From assembly GCA_903844735.1 (NCBI GenBank), contig CAIMUX010000086.1:9074-73073 (forward strand): DNA of 64,000 nucleotides. Reading direction: 5' to 3'. The notes beneath the pieces were generated by a model. The model was not told the origin of the DNA. It saw only the letters and a program-made list of their open reading frames with translations, and searched no databases. Source of the DNA: Candidatus Eiseniibacteriota bacterium. Its GTDB lineage: Bacteria; Eisenbacteria; RBG-16-71-46; CAIMUX01. Both the position numbers and the translations under genes were made by a program. Below, piece by piece: positions 27,510 to 37,100 of this stretch (its first letter is position 1; each line of letters starts with the position of its first letter).

Positions 27510-28010
27510 ATGCGAATTTCTTACCTCACCGGCATGAACGTCAGCGCCTCGGGCTTGACGGCCCAGCGTGCGGTGATGGATGCGGCGGCCGAGAACCTGG
27601 CCAACGCGCAAACGACTCGGACGCCCGAGGGCGGTCCGTATCGTCGCAAGGTCGTCCCGCTCGCCGCGGAGGTGCAGCCTTTCACTGTGCTCAGTGAGGA
27701 GGCGACATCACCCGCCGATCTCCAGCGGACCGACCCGGACCATCTAGGGTCCGACCGTGCCTCGCGACCGGTGGCCCAGGAGGCGATGGGTGTGGTCGCG
27801 CGGGTCGAGGAAGACTCCTCCGAGGGGTCAACTGTGTACGACCCCGGCCATCCCGATGCCGATGCCAACGGAATGGTGCGGATGCCCAATGTCGATACCG
27901 CCCGCGAGATGGTGACCTTGATGGTCGCCTCGCGGGCCTACGAAGCGAACCTGGCCGCACTGCAGGCCTCTCGACGGTTGGCCGAGGCGTCGCTCAACCT
28001 GGCTCGCTGA
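27510..28010 (+). CDS. flgC: Flagellar basal-body rod protein FlgC
   Basis: 'MRISYLTGMNVSASGLTAQRAVMDAAAENLANAQTTRTPEGGPYRRKVV...VRMPNVDTAREMVTLMVASRAYEANLAALQASRRLAEASLNL'. Confidence 0.85.
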   Translation: MRISYLTGMNVSASGLTAQRAVMDAAAENLANAQTTRTPEGGPYRRKVVPLAAEVQPFTVLSEEATSPADLQRTDPDHLGSDRASRPVAQEAMGVVARVEEDSSEGSTVYDPGHPDADANGMVRMPNVDTAREMVTLMVASRAYEANLAALQASRRLAEASLNLAR

Positions 28011-28047
28011 GTAAGCGGGCGGACACGGAAGGAAAGGAAGCACCGCC

Positions 28048-28386
28048 ATGATCGAGGGAGTCGGGGCCCGGCCGCTGAACCTGCGGATGCCGCAGGAACT
28101 TCCGGGGATGCCGAATGCCGGTGCGGCGGGTGCGGGTGGACTCGGCGCGCCGGCCACCAGCGGCGCGGGGAGCTTCGCCGGGAGCATGGAGAAGTTCCTC
28201 GGCGATGTGAACGATCTGCAGTTGAAGTCGGCCCAGGCGCTCGATGGGTTCGCGCGCGGCGAGACGGCGGACATGCACCGCGTGGTTCTGGCCCAGCAGG
28301 AGGCCTCGATCGCTTTGCGCCTCGTCAGCGAGATGCGAGACAAGCTGCTGCAGTCGTACCAGGAAATCATGCGGATGCCGGTCTAG
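28048..28386 (+). CDS. fliE: Flagellar hook-basal body complex protein FliE
   Basis: 112 aa. C-terminal 'DMHRVVLAQQEASIALRLVSEMRDKLLQSYQEIMRMPV' matches the FliE C-terminal region. Confidence 0.8.
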   Translation: MIEGVGARPLNLRMPQELPGMPNAGAAGAGGLGAPATSGAGSFAGSMEKFLGDVNDLQLKSAQALDGFARGETADMHRVVLAQQEASIALRLVSEMRDKLLQSYQEIMRMPV

Positions 28387-28438
28387 CGAAGGTCGGCAGC
28401 CGCGGTAGGACACCGGGAAAGCGGAGGACGGAAGGACG

Positions 28439-29920
28439 ATGGACTGGATGCAGAGAATGAGCCGGCTCTGGCAGCGGCTGAACCCCAACCAGAGGCTGCT
28501 TTTCGGCACCCTCGGGGCGGCGTTTATCATTCTCGTTGTCTCCCTTGTCGCTTGGTCAGGGCGGCCGCACTTCGCCACGCTCTTCGCCAACTTAGATCCC
28601 GGCGACGGCAGCTCCATCGTGGACCAACTTCGCACGCGCAAGATCCAGTACAAGGTGGAGGACGGCGGCCGAACCATCCTCGTCCCCGAGGCCAAAGTCT
28701 ACGAGACGCGCCTCCTCCTGGCCGGCAATGGGCTGCCCGGGTCGGGCTCCGGCTACGAGATCCTCGACTCGAACAAGCTCGGCTGGACCGACTTCGTACA
28801 GAAACTGCAGTACCGGCGCGCCCTCGAAGGGGAGATCGCGCGGAGCATCCAGACTCTGGAAGAGGTACAGTCGGCCCGCATCCATCTGGTGCAGCCCGAG
28901 CCGTCGCTCTTCGTGGAGAAGGAGAAGGCGGCCACCGCCTCGGTGGTGCTGCGCCTGAAGTCGGGAACGCGGTTGTCGCCGGCCCATGTCCAGGGGATCG
29001 TCCACCTTGTTTCTTCCGCGGTGGAGGGGCTCCAGCCCGAGAACGTCACCCTGATCGACACTCGGGGCAATCTGCTCAGCTCTCCGCAGTCCGACGCAGC
29101 CCTCGGCGGCACCGCCGACCAGATCACCATCCAGCGCGGACTCGAGGAGCAGCTTACCAACAAGGTGCAGAGCTTGCTCGAGGCGGTGCTCGGTCCCGGC
29201 AAGTCGGTAGTGCGGATCTCCGCCGAGATGGACTTCCGTGTGGCCGAGCGCACGGTGGAGAGCTACGACGCCGAGAACCCGGTCATCCGCTCCGAGGAAA
29301 CGCGCAATGAGACCGGCGCCGACGGGGGAAAGAGCGAGTCAGCCACCACCAACTACGAGATCTCCCGCACTCTGGAAACAACGAAGGTCCCCAGCGGAAC
29401 GATCAAACGCCTGACTGCCTCGGTCTTCGTCGACGGGACCTATCGCGCGCTGCCGAAGGGCGAGAGGGAGTACGCCGCTCGCACGCCCGAGGAGATGCAG
29501 AAGTTCGACGGGATCATCAGGAACGCCCTTGGCTTTGACGCTACCCGCGGCGACCTGCTCACCGTGGAAAACGTCGCCTTCGACACCTCGGTCTTGGACC
29601 AGGAAAAGAAGGAAATGGAGAAGTCGGACCGGATGCAGTTGCTCGTTTCAGTCGGGAGTCGCGTCCTGACCGGTGCGGTGGTGCTCTTCCTGTTCTTGGC
29701 GCTGCTGAAGGCGGCGAAACGGATGCGTCCGGCCGACGGTCCCCGCGGAACCGTGGGGCATTCGTTCGACCGCACGGTGGGCGGTGCTCTGCCCGCCCTC
29801 CCGGAGAAATTGGAGGACCCGCGCGCGGTATTGATCCAGCAGCGGATTCAGGAGTTGTCACGGACCAGCCCGGACGGCCTCGGACGCCTTCTCCGCAGTT
29901 GGCTGCACGAAGAGTCCTGA
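28439..29920 (+). CDS. fliF: Flagellar MS-ring protein FliF
   Basis: N-terminal TM 'LLFGTLGAAFIILVVSLVAW', 'SIVDQLRTRKIQYKVEDGGRTILVPEAKVYETRLLLA', second TM near the C-terminus. 493 aa. Confidence 0.9.
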   Translation: MDWMQRMSRLWQRLNPNQRLLFGTLGAAFIILVVSLVAWSGRPHFATLFANLDPGDGSSIVDQLRTRKIQYKVEDGGRTILVPEAKVYETRLLLAGNGLPGSGSGYEILDSNKLGWTDFVQKLQYRRALEGEIARSIQTLEEVQSARIHLVQPEPSLFVEKEKAATASVVLRLKSGTRLSPAHVQGIVHLVSSAVEGLQPENVTLIDTRGNLLSSPQSDAALGGTADQITIQRGLEEQLTNKVQSLLEAVLGPGKSVVRISAEMDFRVAERTVESYDAENPVIRSEETRNETGADGGKSESATTNYEISRTLETTKVPSGTIKRLTASVFVDGTYRALPKGEREYAARTPEEMQKFDGIIRNALGFDATRGDLLTVENVAFDTSVLDQEKKEMEKSDRMQLLVSVGSRVLTGAVVLFLFLALLKAAKRMRPADGPRGTVGHSFDRTVGGALPALPEKLEDPRAVLIQQRIQELSRTSPDGLGRLLRSWLHEES

Positions 29921-30972
29921 GCGGGGAGAATGCCGTGGACAATGCAGCCAAGAAGTTAGCCACCGCCCACAGTCTCTCGGGGCCCCAGAAGGCCGCGCTG
30001 GTCATCGTGACCATGGGCCGTGAGGCCGCGGCCGCGGTCTTCCGCAGCATGCGGCAGGAGGACATGGAGGCCCTCACCGCGCAGGTGGCCCGTTTGGGCG
30101 ACGTCGAACCCGAGACGCGCGACGCCATCCTCGGGGAGTTTGACGAAATGATGATGGCCAACTCGTACCTCACGGAAGGCGGATTGGAGGTGGCCAGGGA
30201 GATCCTCTACCAGGCGCTTGGGCAGGATCGAGCCATGGAGATTCTGGAGAAGATCCAACAGACCGAGGCGAGCGTCGGAGCGTTCCAGAAACTGAAGAAC
30301 GTAGACGAGAAGCAGTTGGTCAACCTCATCCAGGGAGAGCATCCCCAGACCATTTCGCTCATTCTCGGGCACCTCAAGCCGAAGCAAGCGGCGGGCGTGC
30401 TTACCGCGCTGCCTGCCGAGGTGCAGCCCGACGTGATCTCGCGCATGGCCACCATGGGTCAGATCTCGCCCGAGGCTGTGGCGGAGATCGAGGGGGTGCT
30501 GAAGCAGCACATCTCGACCATGACTCGGTCCACGGACAGCCAGTCGGGCGGCGTCAACGTGGTGGCGGAGATCCTGAACCTCGTCGACCGTTCCACCGAG
30601 AAGAACATTCTCGGCGTGATGGAGCGGGAAAACCCCGATCTTGCCATCCAGATCAAGAACCTGATGTTCGTCTTCGAGGACGTTCTGCATCTCGGCGACC
30701 GGGAGATCCAGCGGGTGCTTAAGGACGTTGACTCCCGTGACCTCGCCGTGGCCCTCAAGCTGGCATCCGAGGACGTGAAGACCAAGATCTTCGGCAATCT
30801 TTCGCAGCGTGCCGCCGAGATGCTCAAGGACGAGCTGGACTTCCTCGGACCGGTGCGCTTGAAGAACGTGGAAGACGCCCAGCGCCGCATCGTCGACACC
30901 GTGCGGAAACTGGACGAAGGCGGTGAGATTCACATCAGCCGTGGCGGCGCGGGGGAGGAGCTCATTGTCTAG
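29899..30972 (+). CDS. fliG: Flagellar motor switch protein FliG
   Basis: 'LSGPQKAALVIVTMGREAAAAVFRSMRQEDMEALTAQVARL', '...MFVFEDVLHLGDREIQRVLKDVDSRDLAVALKLASEDVKTKIFGNLSQRAAEMLKDELDFLGPVRLKNVEDAQRRI'. The start is TTG 29899 or GTG 29935. Confidence 0.9.
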   Translation: MAARRVLSGENAVDNAAKKLATAHSLSGPQKAALVIVTMGREAAAAVFRSMRQEDMEALTAQVARLGDVEPETRDAILGEFDEMMMANSYLTEGGLEVAREILYQALGQDRAMEILEKIQQTEASVGAFQKLKNVDEKQLVNLIQGEHPQTISLILGHLKPKQAAGVLTALPAEVQPDVISRMATMGQISPEAVAEIEGVLKQHISTMTRSTDSQSGGVNVVAEILNLVDRSTEKNILGVMERENPDLAIQIKNLMFVFEDVLHLGDREIQRVLKDVDSRDLAVALKLASEDVKTKIFGNLSQRAAEMLKDELDFLGPVRLKNVEDAQRRIVDTVRKLDEGGEIHISRGGAGEELIV

Positions 30973-31585
30973 CGTGCTGTCCCGCCCCGCGCTGGAGCGC
31001 CGGGCTTTCGTTCTCCGCCCGCCGGCCACCGCCGAGGGGAGCGGCGCCTTCCTCACTGATGAGGATCTCCTGCGCGTGCGCGAAGAGGCCGCCAACTGTG
31101 CCGAGCAGCGGGTCCGCAGCGACTTCGAGGCGTGGGGGCGCGGTCTGGAGGAGCGGACCGAGAGTGCCGCGGGTGACCTTCTTCAGGCGGCCCGCGGACT
31201 TCGTGATGCTCGTGCGAAGTTCCTGGAGGATGCGGCCGACGAGGTCGTGCTGCTGGCCTTTGCCGTGGCGCGGCGGGTTCTGCGCCGGGAGGTGGAAGCC
31301 GACCCGGAAGTAGCGTTGCCGTTGGTGCGGGAGCTCCTGCAGCGTGCCGCCGCGGGCACCCATGTGACCGTCCGCCTCTCGCCGCGCGACCACGCGGTGC
31401 TTTCAGCCGCCGATGCCTTGCCCGAGTCGGCCGGCCTCGATGGCGTGCACTTCCGTCTCGATGCCGCCATCACGTCGGGCGGTGTCCTCGTGGAGACGGC
31501 CGCGGGCGGGCTCGACGGTAGAATCGAGACCCAGCTCGAGTTGATCGAGGAGGCGCTGCGGGCGCCCCGTGCGGCGGCGGCATGA
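30923..31585 (+). CDS. fliH: Flagellar assembly protein FliH
   Basis: Position between fliG and fliI. 'EVVLLAFAVARRVLRREVEADPEVALPLVRELLQRAAAGTHVTVRLSPRD...GGVLVETAAGGLDGRIETQLELIEEAL' is FliH-like. The start is uncertain and overlaps the fliG end. Confidence 0.65.
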   Translation: MRFTSAVAARGRSSLSSVLSRPALERRAFVLRPPATAEGSGAFLTDEDLLRVREEAANCAEQRVRSDFEAWGRGLEERTESAAGDLLQAARGLRDARAKFLEDAADEVVLLAFAVARRVLRREVEADPEVALPLVRELLQRAAAGTHVTVRLSPRDHAVLSAADALPESAGLDGVHFRLDAAITSGGVLVETAAGGLDGRIETQLELIEEALRAPRAAAA

Positions 31586-32997
31586 GTTCGTCACTGCTCC
31601 ATTCGGGCATGGCCGATGTCGGCGCAACGCCGGCTGACCCCCGGGAGATCCTCGCCTCTATGATGGAGCGATGCCGGGAGCGGCTCGCCGACTGCGACCC
31701 GGTGCGCGAGACCGGCACCGTGCTGAAGGTGGCAGGCCCCCTGGTGGAGTCGACCGGGCCCAGCGCCGCAGTGGGTGAGATCTGCCCGATCTGGTCGCCC
31801 GGTTCCGATGAGCCGATTGTCGCCGAGGTGGTCGGTTTCCGCGATCACCGGCTTCTCCTCATGGCCTACGGCTCCATGGACGGCCTGCGTTCGGGCGCCG
31901 AAGTGCGATCCACCGGCCGACCGCTGCTGGCCCCGGTGGGCGAGCGGCTCCTTGGTCGCGTCCTTGACGGGCTTGGCCGACCCATCGACAGCAAGGGCCC
32001 GCTGGAAGGCACGGTGCAGGTTCCGGTAGCCGTGCGGCCGCCGCACCCGTTGGAGCGGGAGCTGATCCGCGAGCCTCTGGGTACCGGCATTCGGTCCATC
32101 GACGGGCTCACGACGGTGGGGCGGGGACAACGAATCGGCATCTTCGCCGGCAGCGGTGTGGGGAAGTCGGTGCTTCTGGGAACCATTGCGCGGCGCACCG
32201 ACGCCGAGGTCATCGTGGTCGCCCTGGTCGGTGAGCGCGGTCGCGAAGTCCGGGAGTTTCTCGAGCGCGATCTTACCGCGGAGGGGTTGGCCCGCTCGGT
32301 CGTGGTGGTGGCCACCTCGGATCAACCGCCGCTGGTCCGGGTCAAGGCGGCCCTTCTGGCCACGCGCATTGCCGAGCACTTCCGCGATGGCGGGAAGCAC
32401 GTGCTCTTGATGATGGACTCGCTCACCCGCTTTGCCATGGCCCAGCGCGAGGTCGGCCTCTTAGTCGGCGAGCCTCCGACGACAAAGGGATACACACCCT
32501 CCTGCTTCGCGGCCATGGCGCAGTTGCTCGAGCGCGCCGGCATGAGCGACCGCGGATCGGTGACCGGGCTCTACACCGTTTTGGTGGAAGGCGATGACCT
32601 CAACGACCCGGTGGCGGACGCGGCCCGCTCGGTGCTGGATGGGCACATCGTTCTCTCGCGGCGGCTGGCGGTGATGAATCACTACCCGGCGGTCGACGTG
32701 CTGGAGAGTGTCTCGCGCGTCATGCCCGAGGTAGCGCTGCCGGGGCAGATGGAAGCCGCCGCGCGTTTGCGCGAATGGCTGGCCGCCTGGCGTGAGTCGG
32801 AAGACTTGATCCAGCTCGGTGCCTACGTGGCGGGGACCAACCCGCTTACCGACCGGGCGATCGAGCGTCGGCCCGAAATCGTGCGCTTCCTGCGGCAGGC
32901 CTCCGGCGAGGGAACGCCCCTCGCGCGGACTGTCTCTTGGATGATCGAACTGGCGACGGCGGGGCCCGGCGGGGCGCCCGGGGAGGATGGTCGATGA
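31582..32997 (+). CDS. fliI: Flagellum-specific ATP synthase FliI
   Basis: Walker A 'GSGVGKSVLLG', 'VVALVGERGREVREFLE', 'LLMMDSLTRFAMAQREVGLLVGEPPTTKGYTPS'. 471 aa. Confidence 0.9.
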   Translation: MSSSLLHSGMADVGATPADPREILASMMERCRERLADCDPVRETGTVLKVAGPLVESTGPSAAVGEICPIWSPGSDEPIVAEVVGFRDHRLLLMAYGSMDGLRSGAEVRSTGRPLLAPVGERLLGRVLDGLGRPIDSKGPLEGTVQVPVAVRPPHPLERELIREPLGTGIRSIDGLTTVGRGQRIGIFAGSGVGKSVLLGTIARRTDAEVIVVALVGERGREVREFLERDLTAEGLARSVVVVATSDQPPLVRVKAALLATRIAEHFRDGGKHVLLMMDSLTRFAMAQREVGLLVGEPPTTKGYTPSCFAAMAQLLERAGMSDRGSVTGLYTVLVEGDDLNDPVADAARSVLDGHIVLSRRLAVMNHYPAVDVLESVSRVMPEVALPGQMEAAARLREWLAAWRESEDLIQLGAYVAGTNPLTDRAIERRPEIVRFLRQASGEGTPLARTVSWMIELATAGPGGAPGEDGR

Positions 32998-33437
32998 GGA
33001 AGTTCCGCTTCGCTCTGGAAGGGATCGAGCGGTTGCGCGCGCGCGACGTCCGCACGCACGAGGTGGAGTTGGCGAAGACGCGGGACGCTCTGGCGGAAGC
33101 GGAGAGAGCGCGGGAAGGAGCCGCGACGGCGCTGAGGCGCTCGGTGACGCTGGCTCCGACGGGGACCGTCGTACATGTGCGGCACCTCCTTGAGCTGGAC
33201 GCGGAGCGGCGTCGACTCACCGGCGAACTGCTGCGCGAGGAGACGCGGCTGGAGGGCTCCGGTCAGGCCATGGAGTCGGAGAGGATGAGACTCCTTGAAG
33301 CGCGGCGCGGGGCGCGCGCCGTGGAGATGCTGCGCGGGCGCCGGTATCTGGAGTTCCTTCAGGCTGTGCGGCACGAGGAACAGCAGATGACCGACGAAGT
33401 GGCGGCCCGGATCGTGCGGGAGTCGAGGGCGGCGTGA
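32994..33437 (+). CDS. fliJ: Flagellar export protein FliJ
   Basis: 147-aa coiled-coil protein 'MRKFRFALEGIERLRARDVRTHEVELAKTRDALAEAER...' directly after fliI. ATG overlaps the fliI stop. Confidence 0.65.
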   Translation: MRKFRFALEGIERLRARDVRTHEVELAKTRDALAEAERAREGAATALRRSVTLAPTGTVVHVRHLLELDAERRRLTGELLREETRLEGSGQAMESERMRLLEARRGARAVEMLRGRRYLEFLQAVRHEEQQMTDEVAARIVRESRAA

Positions 33438-34117
33438 CGCGGCGCGGGCAAGCGGGGAAAAGTGCCCTTGGCTCGCTCCTCGGACTTCTCTTCGGGGGAG
33501 GTGCGGTATTGGTCGTGGCCGCGCTCTTCATGACCGGCCTCGCCCAGCGGGAGATCCTGCCGCGAGTGCGGGCGCGGGCCGAGCGGGCGATGGAGCGCGC
33601 GACCTCGGCGGTGAAGCCGGGGAGTAAGGCGCCGGCCGGTGATGCAGCCGGGGCCAAAGGTGGCGCCGTTGGCGCAGGCATGGGCGGTCTCACGGCCGGA
33701 GTGGCCGACTCGGCGGGTGCGGCCGGTGGGTCCCGCGATTCGATTCAGGCTCTGTCCGCTCAGATGGATACACAGAAGTCCTTCTTGGCGCAGCGCGAGG
33801 CGGACCTGAAGCGCATGCGGGCGGGGATCGACAGTCTGCAACGCAAGGCGGATGTCGTCGATGACACCGAGCTGAAGCGTCAGGCCAAGCTCTTCGCCGC
33901 CATGAAAGCCGAAGAGGCGGCGCTCGTGTTAGGGGCGATGGACGACGTCACGCTGGCGTTGCTGCTCGATGCCATGAACGCCAAGGCGGCCGCCAAGGTG
34001 ATGGCCAGGCTGGACGCTGGACGCGTGGCCCGACTGGCAAGTCGAGCGGTGCATAAAGGGGAAATGACCGGCGCGGTCACGCTTGCCGGGCAGGAAGCCG
34101 GGCCCGCCGCGCGCTGA
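33434..34117 (+). CDS. MotE/YlxF-like flagellar protein (MgtE_N-like repeats)
   Basis: N-terminal TM. C-terminal 'AKLFAAMKAEEAALVLGAMDDVTLALLLDAMNAKAAAKVMARLDAGRVARL' shows the paired MgtE_N-like repeats typical of MotE/YlxF. Same position as ylxF in the Bacillus fla/che operon. Confidence 0.5.
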   Translation: MTRRGQAGKSALGSLLGLLFGGGAVLVVAALFMTGLAQREILPRVRARAERAMERATSAVKPGSKAPAGDAAGAKGGAVGAGMGGLTAGVADSAGAAGGSRDSIQALSAQMDTQKSFLAQREADLKRMRAGIDSLQRKADVVDDTELKRQAKLFAAMKAEEAALVLGAMDDVTLALLLDAMNAKAAAKVMARLDAGRVARLASRAVHKGEMTGAVTLAGQEAGPAAR

Positions 34118-34164
34118 GCGGTGGGGAAAGGCGCCGAACGCGGCGCCGAACCAGGAAGGAACGC

Positions 34165-37100
34165 ATGAATCCGCTGCCGTCTACGTTGACGCCGGCCCTG
34201 CCGGGTGCGGCTGCCGATCCGGGACTGCGGGGACGATTCCCCGAGGCTCCCGACGGCGGCGGCGCGCGCGTCCAAGACCGGGACGGGTTCGAGGCTGCAC
34301 TGCAGGCGGCGAGCGTCGCCGGTTCGTTCGTTCTCACTCGCGGGCCCGCGTTGTTTTCGCGGGTGAAGCAAATGGAAGACACGCTGGAGACCGCGGCGCC
34401 GGCGACGGCAAGCAATGTCGAACCGAGGGCGTTTCTAGCGCCGATGGAGCCCCTTTCTTCTTTGGGTGCCCCGAGGACCCTTGGCTCGAGCGGAGCGCCC
34501 GGAGGTCCGGCGACCGGGACCGATGCCGAGGTCGTCGAGGTAGCGGGCGCTGCGACGGTATCTGGAACGGTCTCGGTGCCTCATGGCTCGTCGGGAGTGG
34601 CCGGGTCCTCATCCACTGTCTTGACCTCGCCGGCGGCATTGACCTCGCCCGCGGCATTGACCTCGCCGGCGGCATTGACCTCGCCCGCGGCATTGACCTC
34701 GCCCGCGGCATTGACCTCGCCCGCGGCATTGACCTCGCCGGCCGCCGTGCGCACGCCGCGCATCGCCGCCTCCACGGTCGGTGCGGCGGGTGCGCTCCCG
34801 ACGGCCCGGGGTGCGCGCGCGACCCGGGTCGTGGATGGCTCTCCCTCGGCAGGGAACGTCTCGAACGGCGAGCGGTTGGGCGACGTCGGGGGACGGATCA
34901 TCGAGGCCTCCGGACGTGTTGTCGGCCTCTTTGACCTGGAGGACGGCGGGGCGCTGCCGGCGGCTGGTTCGGTCCCCGCTGGTGTAGGCGCGGGAATCGC
35001 CACGCCGGGGGAGGCGACCTCCGGAGCTGTTCCGCGTGCCGCCGGCGTAGTGGCGGGCGCGAAGAGCGCCCCCGCCGGCGATGCGGTTGTGTCCATGGCT
35101 CCTGGATCCGGGATCGCTTCCAGTCCGTCGTCCGCGAGGGTGTCCGAAACGACGAGGTCCGGCGCGGCGATGACCTCTCTCTCCAGCTCGGCTTCCGGTT
35201 CCGCAGGAAGTCGGGCGATGCCGGTCTCCAACCCGGTCTTGGCTGTCGGCATGGTTGCCGGCCCTTCGGTGGAGGGTGCGCCACCAACCCCGGTGTCGGT
35301 CCCCGCTTCCGGTTCGAATGCGGGTCAGACGAGGGGTGGCGCTGCCAAGGGCGCGGCGCCGGTACCGGTTTCCCCATCGGGCTCGGTTAGTGATCAGACG
35401 ACAATCGGTCCTCTGCCGGTCTCCGCGCGCTCTGCCGCACGGGCTTCCACACTAGGTTCGGCTCTCGGGCAAATGACCAATGCCCCGATGACAGCCTCCG
35501 TGCCAGGACCCGCACCAACACCCCTACCGCCCTCCGCGACAGCCTTCGGACGCGCCGAGGAATCGGGCTCGACTGGCGGAGAGAGAGTGCGGAGTGCGAC
35601 GACAGCCCCGGTAGCGGTTGCGATGCCGGTATCGACCTGCACGTCGACTCCTGAACCGTTGGTGAGTGGCCCGGGGCCGGGCGCCGCGCCGGTTTCCGCG
35701 CCGGGCTCTGCGCCGGGCTCTGCGCCGTGCTCCGCGTCGGTCTCAGCGCCGCTCCCCGCGCCGGTCTCCGTACCGGTTTCCCAGCCGATCTCTGTGCCGG
35801 CCTCCGCGCCGGTTCCCGTATCAGGCTCAACTCCTGATCAGACAGCCCGGAGTGCGGCGCCGGCCTTGGCCTTCGACTCGGCTGCCGGTCAAATGATCAG
35901 CGGCCCGATCCCGGTCTCTGTGCCGGCCTCGGCGCCGATCCGCTCGCCGGTTTCCGCGTCGGTCTCAGCGCCGGTCCCCGCGCCGGCGTCCAGGTCGGTC
36001 TCCGCGCCGATCTCCGTACCGATCTCCGTACCGGTCTCCGTACCGGTTTCCCAGCCGATCTCTGTGCCGGCCTCCGCGCCAGTTTCCGTATCAGGCTCAA
36101 CTCCTGATCAGACAGCCCGGAGTGCGGCGCCGGCCTTGGCGTTCGACTCGGCTGCCGGTCAAATGATCAGCGGCCCGATCCCGGTCTCTGTGCCGGCCTC
36201 GGCGCCGATCCGCTCGCCGGTTTCCGCGTCGGTCTCCGCGCCGGTCCCCGCGCCGGCTTCCAGGTCGGTCTCCGCGCCGGTCTTCGTACCGGTTTCCCAT
36301 CCGATCTCTGTGCCTGCCTCCGCGTCAGTTCCCGTATCAGGCTCAACTCCTGATCAGACAGCCCGGAGTGCGGCGCCGGCCTTGGCGTTCGACTCGGCTG
36401 CCGGTCAACGAATCAGCGGTCCGATGCCGGTCTCTGTGCCATCCTCCGCGCCGATCCCCTCGCCGATCCCCGGGCCGGCTTTCGCTTCGGTCTCAGTGCC
36501 GATCCCTGCGCCGATCCCCGCGCCAGTCTCCCAGCCGATCTCTGTGCCGGCCTCTGCGCCAGTCCCCATATCAGACTCAACTTTTGATCAGACAGTCCGG
36601 AGTGCGGCGCCGGTCTTGGCATTCGAACCTGCTCCCGGTCAGTTGGCCGGCGACCCGATGCCGGTTTCCGTGCCGGCCTCTGCGGCGGTCTCCTTGCCGG
36701 TCTTGGCAGGGATTCCCACGCGAACTTCCGTGCTAGCCTCGGCATCGATCCCCGCGCGGTCTTCCTTGTCAGCCTCGGTGCCGACTTCCTTGCCGGATTC
36801 CACGCCGAGTTCGGTGGCGGCCTCCGCACCGAACTCACGATTGGTTCCCCCATCCGGCTCGGCTCCTGCTCAGACGGTGCAGAGCGTGGCGCCGACTCCG
36901 GTGTCGACTTCGATACCGGCCTCTGCGTCCGATTCGATTTCTGTTCCGATGACGGGCGGCCCGCTGCCGGTGTCCGCGACGGCCTCTCCACCGGCTTCCG
37001 CCTCGGTTTTCGCGCCGGCCTTCGCGTCGTCCGCCGCGCCGACTTCCGTGCCGAACCCGGTGTCGATTTCATCGCGATCTTCGGTGGCGCACTCAACTCC

